A DNA stretch of 24,561 nt from a virus (IMGVR_UViG_3300044267_000038:1-24561), one strand, 5' to 3'. Positions 1 to 10,800 are shown, counted from the stretch's first letter. Translations and numbers: made by a program. The notes: generated from the sequence alone by a model not told the origin.

Positions 1-1
1 T

Positions 2-349
2 GATGATGATGTTGTTATGCTTGCACCTATACCAAGTAATGCTGTCGTTCCACAAATTTGGATCGGATCAGATACATTTGGCGGTTCATGTACTTTCAAT
101 GTTGGAATTTATCAATCAAATGGTACAGTAGTCGATGAAGATTACTTCGCAACTGCGGTGGCTGATGCTGCTGCAATGGCTGATGTAAGACACGAAGCTG
201 CTGACATCAATACTGCTGGAAAACAAATGTGGGAAATGGCTGGAGCGTCATCTGACCCTGGAGGTTTCTACTACATAGCGGCTACTATGGCTGCTGCGGG
301 TGGAACTGAAGGCGATATGTCTTTCAACATTCACTATGTTGTTAACTAG
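2..349 (+). CDS. Virion structural protein, 5'-truncated by the window (possible capsid cement/decoration protein)
   Basis: The frame is open from position 2 (DDDVV-MLAPIPSNAVV...), so the true start lies upstream. Small Ala/Gly-rich, beta-type protein immediately before tail tubular A, where BPP-1-like phages place their cement protein. Function is inferred from position only. Confidence 0.5.
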   Translation, partial: DDDVVMLAPIPSNAVVPQIWIGSDTFGGSCTFNVGIYQSNGTVVDEDYFATAVADAAAMADVRHEAADINTAGKQMWEMAGASSDPGGFYYIAATMAAAGGTEGDMSFNIHYVVN

Positions 350-358
350 GCAATAATT

Positions 359-394
359 TTATAGGCGGGAGCGGGAGACTTAACTCGCCTATAA
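359..394 (+). other. Intergenic GC-rich stem-loop (pause/processing/stability element)
   Basis: TTATAGGCGGG (359-369) pairs with CTCGCCTATAA (384-394) with one G-U pair. An inner GG-GAGA-CT could form a GNRA loop. There is no U-tract. Confidence 0.55.
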
Positions 395-420
395 TCCAAA
401 CAAAATTTTAAAGGAATAAA

Positions 421-1002
421 ATGGCAAGCGTTGTTCAAATATGTAATTCAGCATTAAATCAATTAGGAGCAAGTTCTATTACAGCTCTTACTGAAAATTC
501 AAAGAATGCTAGAATATGTAATGAAAGATATGAAACAGTTAGAGATGCAGTTTACAGATCTCATCCTTGGAACTGTCTTATTAAAAGAGTTCAATTAGCA
601 CAAGATAGCGATACGCCAGCTTGGGGTTTTACTTATCAATATACTTTACCCTCAGATTGCATACGGGTTTTACAAGTTAAAGATTATAATTCAGATTACA
701 AAATTGAAGGAAGAAAATTATTAATAAACGAAAGTGAAGTTTATTTAATTTATTTAGCTATGGAATCAGATGTAAACCAATTAGATATTTTATTAAGAGA
801 AACTATCTCTGCTGGTTTAGCTCAAGATATAGCTTATGCCATAACATCTAATTTGCAAGTTGCAAAACTGATGACAGAAAAATATCAAGCAAAATTATCT
901 GAAGCAAGACACGCAGATGCTTCAGAAGGTTACAATACGGATCCTAACAATGGTCCAACAGATCAAATCATAACAGAAGATTTTATAAACAGTAGATACT
1001 AA
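421..1002 (+). CDS. Tail tubular protein A / head-tail adaptor
   Basis: 193 aa with typical N-terminus ICNSALNQLGA..I, HPWNC and Y.LPSDCIRV motifs; SD AAGGA upstream; precedes the nozzle gene. Confidence 0.85.
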   Translation: MASVVQICNSALNQLGASSITALTENSKNARICNERYETVRDAVYRSHPWNCLIKRVQLAQDSDTPAWGFTYQYTLPSDCIRVLQVKDYNSDYKIEGRKLLINESEVYLIYLAMESDVNQLDILLRETISAGLAQDIAYAITSNLQVAKLMTEKYQAKLSEARHADASEGYNTDPNNGPTDQIITEDFINSRY

Positions 1003-1003
1003 T

Positions 1004-3772
1004 ATGCCTAAACAACTTTTAAGCATACCTAGCTTTACCGCTGGTGAGCTTTCATCATCTATGGAGGGTCGTACAGACTTCGCTAAATACTTTAACGGAG
1101 CAAGCAATATTGAAAATTTTGTTGTACTACCTCATGGACCCGTAACAAGACGACCAGGAACTTATTTTGTTTCTGAAGTTAAAACATCTGCAAATTCTAC
1201 ACGATTAATTCCATTCACATTTTCAACTGAACAAACTTATGTATTAGAATTTGGTAATAACTATATTCGTTTCTTTAAAGACAATGGTCAAATTACAGAA
1301 GGTAATAAAACTATTACTGGAATTACTCAAGCTAACCCAGCTGTCGTTACCTCAAGCTCTCATGGTTATTCCAATGGAGATTTTGTAAATATTTCTGGAG
1401 TTGTTGGTATGACAGAAGTTAATGGTAAAACTTTTAAAGTTGCTGATAAAACTACTAATACTTTTGAATTACAAAATGTTGATGGTACAGATATTAATTC
1501 ATCTAGTTACACAGCTTATTCTTCGGGTGGTATAGCAAACAAAATTTATCAAATCACAACTGAATATACGACAGCTCAACTCTTTGATTTAAAATTCGCA
1601 CAATCCGCAGATGTTATGTATATCTGCCACAACTCTCACGAAGTTATGAAACTTTCAAGAACGGGTCATACTTCTTGGACTTTATCAGAAGTCGATTTTG
1701 CAGAGACCGGACCCTATATGGATGCCAACACCACAACAACCACAATAACCCCAGCATCCGCTGGAACGGGTACAGGTGTTAATTTTACAGCTAGCGCCAT
1801 AGTTGGTATTAATGGTGGTGATGGTTGGAAAACAACAGATGTAGGAAGAATTTTAAAATTTAATAGTGGTGAGGCAGTTATTACAGCAAGAACTAATACA
1901 ACAGTTGTAGTCTGTACGATTACTAAAGCCTTTGCAAATACCGATGCTACTGCAACTTGGCAACTAGGTTCTTTTTCAGATACCACGGGTCATCCCGCTT
2001 GTGTGTCATTCTTTGAACAACGATTAGTATTTGCAGCAACAACCGATCAACCTCAAACTATGTTTTTTTCTAAATCGGGAGATTATGAAAACATGACATC
2101 TGGCTCAAATGCTGATGATGCTATGATTTATACCATTGCATCTAACCAAGTTAATGCCATTAAATCTTTAAAAGCCACAAGAACTTTAATTTGTATGACT
2201 ACAGGGGGTGAATATGCTGTAAGCTCTGGTTCATCTCAAGATGCTATTACTCCAACTAATATTAATATTAGAAAACAATCCAACTATGGATCTGCCGGAG
2301 TAGATGCTTTATCTATTGGAAACGCTACAATCTTTTTACAAAGAGCTAAAAGGAAAGTTAGAGAGCTTGCTTATAACTTTGATACAGATGGTTATGTTGC
2401 ACCAGACTTAACAATTTTGGCGGATCATATAACAGAAAGTGGAGTAGTTCAAATGGATTATCAACAAGAGCCTTACTCTGTTGTATGGGGAGCAAGAACG
2501 GATGGGGTATTATCTGGTTTAACTTACAATAGATTAGAAAATGTTGTTGCCTGGCACAGACACATTATAGGTGGCAAATCAGACACTACAAAAAACATTA
2601 TTCATCAACAAATTTCTTTCACATCTAATTCTTCAAATGTAAATACTACAAACAACACAATTACGATTTCATCACACGGATTATCTACAGCTGATCCAGT
2701 TTATTATTATGCAGCTAGTAATGCGATTGGCGGACTAGATAATTCAACATTATATTATGCTATCGCATCAGATAGTAACACAATCAAATTAGCAACAACT
2801 GCATCTAACGCTACTGCCGGAACTGCTATATCCTTTACTTCAGCTCCTAGCTCAGACACAACTCAATATATTTATCAAGGTGTAAATATCTCATCTAATT
2901 TTATTTATTCAGCTTCTCATGGTTTTACGACAGGTGATATATTTTATTACGACAACACAGGAACTGCCATTGGTGGTTTGTCTGAAAATACAAAATATTA
3001 CATTGAAAAAATAGACGACAATCAATTTAAACTTTATTCAAACAAAACTTTAGCAACTGTTGTCAGTTTAACATCAGCTCACACATCAGAACAAACTGAT
3101 AATATTTTAACTCATGCTAAAGTAGAAAGCGTAGCTGTCATTGATGGCGATGCAGATGAAGATCAAGTTTGGGTTATAGTTAAAAGATGGATTAATGGAG
3201 CGGTAAGAAGATATGTTGAATATTTTACTCCATTTGATTTTAATGAAGATTTAACTGCATTTCATTATTTAGATAGTGGATTAAGCTACACAGGAGATTT
3301 AACTTCAAGCCTTTCTGGTTTAGATCATTTAGAAGCAGAGGTGGTTGATATAATTGGAGAAGGATCAACGCAAAATTCAAAAACAGTTTCAAGCGGAGCT
3401 ATAACATTAACCAATGCTACCGAACAAGCTAAAGTTGGTTTATTATATACATCTGATTTACAAACAATGAGATTAGACGAAGGTTATACCGAAACAACAC
3501 AAACAAAAACAAAAAGAATTTATGACTTATCCGTTAGATTTCAAAATACAGTTGGTGCAAGTGTTGGACCCAATGCTGGTAATTTAACTTCAATAGACTT
3601 TAGAGCAAGTGGATCTCCTATGGATTTACCTATCCCATTATTTACAGGAGATAAATCTATTGAATTTGATACAGACTACGGAACAGAAGGCTTGGTTTAT
3701 GTGCAACAATCTCAAGCTTTACCTATGACGATACTTGGAATTTATCCTAGATTGGAGACAGAAAGTGTCTAA
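1004..3772 (+). CDS. Tail tubular protein B / nozzle with inserted repeat domains
   Basis: 922 aa with characteristic SFTAGELS...GRTD, RRPGT, FAQSADVMYI.H, FFEQRLVFA, VVAWHRH and YLDSG motifs. Confidence 0.88.
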   Translation: MPKQLLSIPSFTAGELSSSMEGRTDFAKYFNGASNIENFVVLPHGPVTRRPGTYFVSEVKTSANSTRLIPFTFSTEQTYVLEFGNNYIRFFKDNGQITEGNKTITGITQANPAVVTSSSHGYSNGDFVNISGVVGMTEVNGKTFKVADKTTNTFELQNVDGTDINSSSYTAYSSGGIANKIYQITTEYTTAQLFDLKFAQSADVMYICHNSHEVMKLSRTGHTSWTLSEVDFAETGPYMDANTTTTTITPASAGTGTGVNFTASAIVGINGGDGWKTTDVGRILKFNSGEAVITARTNTTVVVCTITKAFANTDATATWQLGSFSDTTGHPACVSFFEQRLVFAATTDQPQTMFFSKSGDYENMTSGSNADDAMIYTIASNQVNAIKSLKATRTLICMTTGGEYAVSSGSSQDAITPTNINIRKQSNYGSAGVDALSIGNATIFLQRAKRKVRELAYNFDTDGYVAPDLTILADHITESGVVQMDYQQEPYSVVWGARTDGVLSGLTYNRLENVVAWHRHIIGGKSDTTKNIIHQQISFTSNSSNVNTTNNTITISSHGLSTADPVYYYAASNAIGGLDNSTLYYAIASDSNTIKLATTASNATAGTAISFTSAPSSDTTQYIYQGVNISSNFIYSASHGFTTGDIFYYDNTGTAIGGLSENTKYYIEKIDDNQFKLYSNKTLATVVSLTSAHTSEQTDNILTHAKVESVAVIDGDADEDQVWVIVKRWINGAVRRYVEYFTPFDFNEDLTAFHYLDSGLSYTGDLTSSLSGLDHLEAEVVDIIGEGSTQNSKTVSSGAITLTNATEQAKVGLLYTSDLQTMRLDEGYTETTQTKTKRIYDLSVRFQNTVGASVGPNAGNLTSIDFRASGSPMDLPIPLFTGDKSIEFDTDYGTEGLVYVQQSQALPMTILGIYPRLETESV

Positions 3773-4217
3773 TGTAGTTATTGTTCCATTCGAAAATCAA
3801 CACGCTGAACAAATATTAAATCAAGGTTTGAATAGCGATTTACTAGAATTAAAACCAGAGCATAGAAAATATGCTTATTTTTTAAAAGAAGTTGGAATGT
3901 CGTTTACAGGTCTAGTCAATAATAAACCTATTGCGGCTGGGGGTGTCTTTCATCTCTGGGATGGCGTTGCCGAGGGGTGGGTCTTAGCAACAAAAGATAT
4001 TTATAAATATCCAGTTTTTTGTGCTAAACACATTAAACAAAGAACTGAAATAATTTTACAAGCCAACAAAATAAAAAGATTACAAACTTCCGTAAAAGCT
4101 AATTGCGATGTGGCATTAAGATTTGCCAAGTGGTTAGGTTTAAAAGAAGAAGGATTAATGAAAAATTATGGTCCCGATGGATCAGATTTTATAAGATTTG
4201 CGAGGATAATTAAATAA
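3765..4217 (+). CDS. GNAT-like putative acetyltransferase (tail/internal virion assembly region)
   Basis: Motifs IAAGG...AEGWVL and ALRFAKWLGLKEEG.MKNYG; conserved position after the nozzle gene. GTG at 3765 preceded by GGAG (3754-3757) is preferred over the TTG at 3735. Confidence 0.7.
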   Translation: MSNVVIVPFENQHAEQILNQGLNSDLLELKPEHRKYAYFLKEVGMSFTGLVNNKPIAAGGVFHLWDGVAEGWVLATKDIYKYPVFCAKHIKQRTEIILQANKIKRLQTSVKANCDVALRFAKWLGLKEEGLMKNYGPDGSDFIRFARIIK

Positions 4218-4672
4218 TGAGTTTTTTTGGAGATATATACGGGGGTAAAGCCGCACAAGCTGGAGCTAATTATAATGCAGCTTTATTAAATCGTGATGCT
4301 AAAATAAAAGAGCAAGAAGCTGATCAAGCTTATAAAGTTTATACTGGTTATGATTTACCGGCATTTAATGTAAATGCTGAAAGATTAGAAGGTGAAATCA
4401 TTACAAATTACGCAACTTCTGGTGTTGCTTATTCTGGTTCTGTTTTAGAAGTGATGATGGATAATGAATTAAATATGGAACGAGATAGAGATATGATGAA
4501 GTATAATGCTGAAGTTGCAAGAGATCAAAAATACAACGATGCAATTAACAAAAGAGCTGAGGCTTCTATGGAAAGATGGCGTGGTAAAGTTGCTAAGAAA
4601 GCTAGTTACTATGCAGCGGGTCAAAGCTTATTAAATTTAGCAACATCAACAAAAACAGCGGGAATGTGGTAG
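4217..4672 (+). CDS. Small internal virion (ejection) protein
   Basis: 151 aa, Ala-rich and helical, with an SGV...GS motif; position matches the first ejection protein; coupled through a TAATG overlap. Confidence 0.65.
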   Translation: MSFFGDIYGGKAAQAGANYNAALLNRDAKIKEQEADQAYKVYTGYDLPAFNVNAERLEGEIITNYATSGVAYSGSVLEVMMDNELNMERDRDMMKYNAEVARDQKYNDAINKRAEASMERWRGKVAKKASYYAAGQSLLNLATSTKTAGMW

Positions 4673-4678
4673 GAGTTT

Positions 4679-6952
4679 ATGGCAATTAAAATATATCAAC
4701 CAAAAATAAGACCAACAACAGAAGTAAAGGAAAGACAATCTACTTCTGGAATGTATGTAGATCAACAGACAATGACAATGATCCCAAGAGCAATGAAGGG
4801 GATGTTCCAAGCTGGAGAAGATTTTTATATTAAGTATGAAAAACAAAAAGCTGAAAACGCTGTTATTGAAGCAAGTAAAAATATCGACAAAGATGAAATA
4901 ACAGAGCATCCAGCAAGCGGAGCTATTCTTACTAGAAAAGAAGGGTTAGCAACAAAAGCAAATAAATACAAAGAAAGTACAAAACCAGATGAAGCCTTAG
5001 CTGGATATAAAGCTGATTGGCAAGCCACTTTAGATAAAACTTTACCAACGCTTAAAGGTAATATGGCTAAAACAATGTTCAAAAATTATATGAACAAAAG
5101 ATTTATTCAAGATACTGGCACAATTAGAAATAATACATTTGTTAATTTTAGAAATGAAAGCCGAGTATTAAAAGTTCAAGAACTAGATGGTATTGCTTAT
5201 AAAATTGCAAATGCTCAAGTTGGTTCTAAAGAATATAAAATGGCTCAACAAGATTTAAACGCTTTCTTTTCAAAACAAAGTAATTATGATTTATTTGGTG
5301 ATAAGTTTAAACAATTACAATTTGATACCCTAAACAACATTGATGTTTTAACAATAGAAAATCATTTAGCCAAAGATCCTATTCAAACTTTAACTAATTT
5401 TAATAATGGTGTTTATAAAAATCTAAATGCTAATACTAAAATCAAATTACAATCCAAAATAGTTTTAGCTGCACAACAAAAGATGGTTAAAAATATAGAC
5501 GAGGATACTATAAGAGCTAAACTCGGTAAACCCGCACAGTTTAATGCCAAAGAATATCTTAAAGCTTTTAAAGGTTATGAATCTTATGACAATATAAAAT
5601 TAGCAGTTGATACCAATAATTATGTTAGAGGGGCTATTCAACAAGTTCATACATCTAAAAGTAAAGATTTAGCAAAAATTAAATTATATCAATTAAAAGG
5701 CTCTGGCTCTGAAATTCAAGCCAAAACAAAAGCTAATCAAATTATTCAAGCAGCTATAGCGGAAAGAACTAAATCTATTAAAGAAGGTGATGCTGCTGGT
5801 TATGTTGCAAAAATAGATACAGAAATATCAACCTTAAATGAAAAAATTAATTTAACAGATGACGCTGACTTTGAAACGCCTAAATATAAAGAGTATGTAG
5901 CATCAAAGAAAAAATTATTAATAGCAGAAAGAAACTTATTGTTAGATAAAAAATATGAAGAGTTAGATATTCAACACGATAAAAGATTTTATATGACTAA
6001 AGCTGAAGCTGCTGGAATTGTTAAACAAGTTACGGATCCTAGTAAAACTTGGCAAGAGAAAAAAGGAATGTTAATTGGTTTAAGCGAAACTTATGGCACA
6101 GATAAAATGCAAGGCATTATACAACATTTATCAATGGAAAAATTACCTACTTATTTTCAAATTGCTATGAGTACCAATAGCGAAAATCTTAATGAAGATA
6201 TTTTACAATCACATTCAACAAAAGATTTAGAAGCAGCGGTTAAACCAGAATTAAAAACTGGTCAAACACTACCTAAAATTAGAAAAGACATATCTGACAA
6301 AATAGATAAATGGGAACAAGTAATTGAAAATCAATTAACTGGTTCAATGGATGTTATTACATATAAAAATGCTGTTGAAGATACTTTATATCGAGCAGCT
6401 TTATTAAGAATTGAAAGAGGGGATAGTGTTAGCGATGCAGTAAACAGCGTGTCAAAAGAATTTTTACAAGATTATGCTATAGCTCCAGGTAAAACATTTT
6501 TTATTCCTGTAGATGTAAATGGTAAACAAGTTAATATGGCAGCTGTTATGACTAAATCGGAGGCTATTGAATTAGCAGTACAAGATGGTGAGTATTTAGA
6601 TCGTTTTATGGATAATGATTATACTCATTATGCAAGCGATGATGATTTAACTAAATTATCTAAAAAAGATATTAATATTAAAATGAAGTCTGTTATTAAA
6701 AACAATTCAGTTTGGTTATTAAATAATAAATCAACTGGTTTAGTTTTGTATTTTAAAACTGCTGATGGACCAGTACCTATAGCAAATAATAAGGGTCAAA
6801 AAATAGAATTTTATTTTACAGATCAAGTGGGTCAAGATCAAAATATTAAAAGCACAGAATATGTAGAGCCAGGAACTGAATTACCTTTACAAGTTATAGA
6901 CACATACGATGTATTTGGAACAGATGATGTAGATGGAGGTCTAGCGGGTTAA
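4679..6952 (+). CDS. Internal virion (ejection/core) protein
   Basis: 757 aa, helical, MAIKIYQ-type N-terminus, SD AGGAG; located in the core-protein block. Confidence 0.6.
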   Translation: MAIKIYQPKIRPTTEVKERQSTSGMYVDQQTMTMIPRAMKGMFQAGEDFYIKYEKQKAENAVIEASKNIDKDEITEHPASGAILTRKEGLATKANKYKESTKPDEALAGYKADWQATLDKTLPTLKGNMAKTMFKNYMNKRFIQDTGTIRNNTFVNFRNESRVLKVQELDGIAYKIANAQVGSKEYKMAQQDLNAFFSKQSNYDLFGDKFKQLQFDTLNNIDVLTIENHLAKDPIQTLTNFNNGVYKNLNANTKIKLQSKIVLAAQQKMVKNIDEDTIRAKLGKPAQFNAKEYLKAFKGYESYDNIKLAVDTNNYVRGAIQQVHTSKSKDLAKIKLYQLKGSGSEIQAKTKANQIIQAAIAERTKSIKEGDAAGYVAKIDTEISTLNEKINLTDDADFETPKYKEYVASKKKLLIAERNLLLDKKYEELDIQHDKRFYMTKAEAAGIVKQVTDPSKTWQEKKGMLIGLSETYGTDKMQGIIQHLSMEKLPTYFQIAMSTNSENLNEDILQSHSTKDLEAAVKPELKTGQTLPKIRKDISDKIDKWEQVIENQLTGSMDVITYKNAVEDTLYRAALLRIERGDSVSDAVNSVSKEFLQDYAIAPGKTFFIPVDVNGKQVNMAAVMTKSEAIELAVQDGEYLDRFMDNDYTHYASDDDLTKLSKKDINIKMKSVIKNNSVWLLNNKSTGLVLYFKTADGPVPIANNKGQKIEFYFTDQVGQDQNIKSTEYVEPGTELPLQVIDTYDVFGTDDVDGGLAG

Positions 6953-6953
6953 T

Positions 6954-8240
6954 ATGTATAATGTTGGATTGGGTCAATTTGAAAAATCAAAACAAGAAGT
7001 GCAATCAACTTTTGGAAGTTTAAATACTGGTTTTTTTGAGGCACAAAAAGCAAATATTATTAATACTTGGAACTATAATCCTACTTATTCTTTATGGAGA
7101 AAAGGTGAAGAGTTATCAGCTTACAATCAAGACAACACTCTTTTAAATAGAGATGATTTAAACAAGGAATACGGAAATATTGGTTTAAATTTTAAAGAAG
7201 ATACTAGAAAAGCAGTTGTTGATTATTTAGTTAAAAGAAAAGAATTAGAAAGAGAAAGAGCTAGCATTATTCAGCGTGGACCCCAAAATGTTTTTGCTAA
7301 AGGTTCTTTTTTTTTAACATCGTTAGCAACTAGCTTTGTAGATCCAATAAATATAGTAGCTTCTTTTATTCCTGTAATTGGTCAAGGTAAGTTTGCTTCA
7401 ATGGTAGCTCGTTCTGGTAAAAATGTTGCTAGAATGAAAAAAGGTTTTGTTGAAGGTTTAGTAGGTAATACAGCTGTTGAACCGATTGTGTATGGAGTAC
7501 ACAGATCTCAACAATCTGACTACGATCAATACGATGCTTTTATTAACATAGCAGCGGGAGGTATTATTGGTTCTACTTTTCACGCTGGTTTTGGAAGAAT
7601 AGGAGATTATCTTGCTAAAGTTCAAGGCAAGCCAAATATCTATCAAAGATTAGCAGCAGTTTCTCCAGATCATCAACAAGCTTTATTAAGACATTCAGTA
7701 GGAAAAGTTTTAAGAGGAGAAAAAGTTGATACAGGAGATGTTATTGTTAATAAAACTAGAATAGGTGATAAACAATTAAATCAATTAGACGATCAAATTG
7801 CAGAATATAAAACTTTATATGCAGAGGCTATCAAAAAAGGAGATAGAAAATCTGCTAAAACTTATTTATTAAATTTAAGAAATTTACAAAAAACTGAAAG
7901 ACAAATCTTTGAGGCTAAACAAAAAGCAGCCGAGCAAGCATTAGAAAGAAATCAAGCACAACTTAAATTAAGAGACGAACAAGGAAAAATAACTGAAGAA
8001 GATATTAAGAGAAACGACAAGAATACAGCTGAAATTGAAAATGAAGCTCAAACTTTAGTAGAAAGAGAAAAGTTCCATCAAAAACAATTAGATGTTAAAG
8101 ACGAAGATTTAGCAAAAGATAGTAATATTATTGCAGACAGAGCAGAGATAGCAAAAATAGATAATAATATTAAAAATAAAAATAAAATTAGAGATGCAAT
8201 TAGAGCAGCATCAAACTGTGTAAAAAAAAGAGGTAGTTAA
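6954..8240 (+). CDS. Internal virion protein
   Basis: 428 aa with Gly/Ala-rich amphipathic segments (DPINIVASFIP, IAAGGIIGSTFHAGFG) followed by a coiled coil, as is typical of ejection proteins. Confidence 0.6.
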   Translation: MYNVGLGQFEKSKQEVQSTFGSLNTGFFEAQKANIINTWNYNPTYSLWRKGEELSAYNQDNTLLNRDDLNKEYGNIGLNFKEDTRKAVVDYLVKRKELERERASIIQRGPQNVFAKGSFFLTSLATSFVDPINIVASFIPVIGQGKFASMVARSGKNVARMKKGFVEGLVGNTAVEPIVYGVHRSQQSDYDQYDAFINIAAGGIIGSTFHAGFGRIGDYLAKVQGKPNIYQRLAAVSPDHQQALLRHSVGKVLRGEKVDTGDVIVNKTRIGDKQLNQLDDQIAEYKTLYAEAIKKGDRKSAKTYLLNLRNLQKTERQIFEAKQKAAEQALERNQAQLKLRDEQGKITEEDIKRNDKNTAEIENEAQTLVEREKFHQKQLDVKDEDLAKDSNIIADRAEIAKIDNNIKNKNKIRDAIRAASNCVKKRGS

Positions 8241-10714
8241 TGGCAGATATAAAAAAAATATCTAGATGCTTTCAAGAAGTAAAAAGATTAAGTGGAGATT
8301 TATTACCTGATGAACAAATTAATAAAATTTTAGATGATATAAAAATAAAAAATAATCAATCAAAATTTGATAAAGCTCAAGAAAAAACAGACAGTTTATT
8401 AGCAGAAGAAGTTATAAATCAATTTGAATACGAACAAGCTCTTAAAAAAAGAAATGCAGCAGATAACAACATTAAAGCTTTAGATATGTTTCAAAAAGTA
8501 AAGGATGCTGTTGCTTTATCTCAAGGTAAAATTAATGCTGTAAAGGGTATTAGAGGTATTTTAGTAGGTATTCAAGAATTTTCTACTATTGCTAGGAACT
8601 CTATTGGTTCAAAACAAGATACAGCAGAAGTAGTTTATATAACAGAAATGTATCAAAAAATAAATAAAATATCAGATACAGCATGGAAAGATTTTTCTGA
8701 AGGAATATTTGATTTAGAATTAAAACAAGCAATGGCTGGTGAAACAGTTTTAAATGAAAATGTTGTTGCAATCGCAAAATTGTTACAAGAAGCTCAAGAA
8801 AAATGGAGAATACAACTTAATGATTTAGGAGCAAACATTGGTGAGTTAAGAGATTGGATTACTAGAACAATGCACAATACTGAAAAAATGGGTAATGCTA
8901 GCAAACGATCTAAAATAGTTGGAGACAATAGGTTTGCTTGGAGAGAGTATATCAAGCCAAGGTTAGATCTTGAGCGAACTTTTCCAGGTGTAATGGATGG
9001 CTCAAAAATAGATGAAATATTAGATGGTATTTATAATAGTTTATTGTCTAACGATCACCTTAAACATGGTGGAACTAACAGCATTTATGGAACTCGAAAT
9101 GTTACAAATAGATTAAACGCATCAAGAGTTTTACATTTTAAAGATGCAACAGCTAGACACGAATACGATTTAGCTTTTGGAGAACCATCATTAAAAGAAA
9201 GCGTAATGAGTGTATTAAGCAATAGTGCTAGAAACATTGCTTTAATGCAAGAACTTGGAACAAATCCTAAAGAAACTTTTGAAAAAGTTTTAGCATTATT
9301 AAGAAAAGAATATAAATCTTCTGATCCACAATTTACTAAAAAATTAACTTTTAAAAATTTTAAAAAAGAATTTGCTGAAATAGATGGGTCTATTAATGGT
9401 ATTGGAAATGAAATTGGAGCAAAAATTTCAATGACAGTTAGAGCTTTACAATCCATGGGTAAATTAGGATTTGCTGCACCAACCTCTATTGCTGATTTGG
9501 GTCAATATATGAGTACAACAAATTTTCAAGGTAGAGGTTTTTTAACAGGATTGTTTGAAGCATTAGGTGGTTTATTTAAAACAGGAGACAAACGAGCAAT
9601 GGAAGTTTTACAAGTAACCAGTAATTCTATTCATTCTTTTATGGGTAATAAATATGGTTCAGCTGGAGACACTTGGGGAACAATGGGAAAACTACAAAAT
9701 GCTTTTTTTAAATTTAATAGTTTGAACCGATGGGTTTCAAGTTTAAAAACTGGAATGACAGTTGGTTTAGCAAGATCTTATGGAATGTTAGCTGATAGCA
9801 AATGGTTAGACTTAAAAATTAGAGAAAGAAATCTTTTAAAACTTTATGGTTTTGATGAAGGAAAATGGGATATGCTTCGTTCAATAAAAACTCTCGATGA
9901 AAATGGCAGTAGATATATAACAGCAGAAGATGCAATGGAAATACCAGATGACGCTATTAATAATTATTTAGGTAAAAAATTAAGTCAAAGAGAATTAAGA
10001 AACTGGAAAAAAGATTTTGAAATGACTTGGAGAAATGTTTTAGTAGATCAAGCTATGCACGCAACTCCAGAACCCGATGCAGCAGTTCGATCTATTATGC
10101 ATCAGGGTCAAGAAAAAGGAACTATTCCAGGAGAGGCTTTAAGATTTATGGGTCAATTTAAAGCGTTTCCTATATCAATTTGGAAAAAAATTATTGGCAG
10201 AGAAATGAAGTCTTATGGACCAGAAGAAGGCAATTTAGCAAGAATTACAGGTTTAACATCAATGTTATTATTATCTGCAATATTTGGTTATATTGCTTTA
10301 TCTGTTAAAGATATGTTACGAGGCAGATCTCCAAGAGACCCAACTAAAGGAAATGTTTTAATGAACGCTTTAGCTCAAGGTGGAGGATTGGGTATTTATG
10401 GGGATTTCTTATATCAAGAACTAGAAAATGAGTATGGTGGCTCTATGGCAGAAACTATTGCTGGACCAACATATCAAGATGCTATGAAATTATTAGATGT
10501 TGTCTTTAATGTTAATAAACCAGCAAAAGCTGGTAAAAAATTGGTTCAATTTGCAGAGGGAAATGTACCTTTTTTAAATATGTATTACTCTAAAGCTGCC
10601 TATGATTTCTTAATAGGCTACCAAATCAAAGAATTTTTAGACCCAGGTTTCTTTTCAAGAATGGAAGGAAGGCATGAAGAAAAGAGGGGTCAAACTTATT
10701 ATTTAAAGCCATAA
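8240..10714 (+). CDS. Large internal virion (ejection) protein
   Basis: 824 aa with a C-terminal hydrophobic segment and QFKAFP, GGGLGIYGDFL and GPT motifs; last gene before the tail fibre. Confidence 0.65.
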   Translation: MADIKKISRCFQEVKRLSGDLLPDEQINKILDDIKIKNNQSKFDKAQEKTDSLLAEEVINQFEYEQALKKRNAADNNIKALDMFQKVKDAVALSQGKINAVKGIRGILVGIQEFSTIARNSIGSKQDTAEVVYITEMYQKINKISDTAWKDFSEGIFDLELKQAMAGETVLNENVVAIAKLLQEAQEKWRIQLNDLGANIGELRDWITRTMHNTEKMGNASKRSKIVGDNRFAWREYIKPRLDLERTFPGVMDGSKIDEILDGIYNSLLSNDHLKHGGTNSIYGTRNVTNRLNASRVLHFKDATARHEYDLAFGEPSLKESVMSVLSNSARNIALMQELGTNPKETFEKVLALLRKEYKSSDPQFTKKLTFKNFKKEFAEIDGSINGIGNEIGAKISMTVRALQSMGKLGFAAPTSIADLGQYMSTTNFQGRGFLTGLFEALGGLFKTGDKRAMEVLQVTSNSIHSFMGNKYGSAGDTWGTMGKLQNAFFKFNSLNRWVSSLKTGMTVGLARSYGMLADSKWLDLKIRERNLLKLYGFDEGKWDMLRSIKTLDENGSRYITAEDAMEIPDDAINNYLGKKLSQRELRNWKKDFEMTWRNVLVDQAMHATPEPDAAVRSIMHQGQEKGTIPGEALRFMGQFKAFPISIWKKIIGREMKSYGPEEGNLARITGLTSMLLLSAIFGYIALSVKDMLRGRSPRDPTKGNVLMNALAQGGGLGIYGDFLYQELENEYGGSMAETIAGPTYQDAMKLLDVVFNVNKPAKAGKKLVQFAEGNVPFLNMYYSKAAYDFLIGYQIKEFLDPGFFSRMEGRHEEKRGQTYYLKP

Positions 10715-10721
10715 ATAATGA

Positions 10722-10762
10722 TAGACAGAATTGACAAATTAATTTAAGAGAAAAAATATAGT
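10722..10762 (+). promoter_or_regulatory. Possible sigma70-type promoter upstream of the tail fibre gene
   Basis: Perfect TTGACA at 10731-10736 in an 86-bp intergenic gap. The best -10 (TATAGT, 10757-10762) is 20 bp away, so the spacing is non-canonical. Confidence 0.3.
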
Positions 10763-10800
10763 GGGTATATCACGCCTACAAAAATCCAATAATCAATATT

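Noticed and set aside
8222-8240. A-AAA-AAA slippery run suggesting a -1 frameshift fusing the 428-aa and 824-aa internal proteins
   Set aside because: The -1 frame hits TAG at 8234-8236 before reaching the downstream ATG at 8240.
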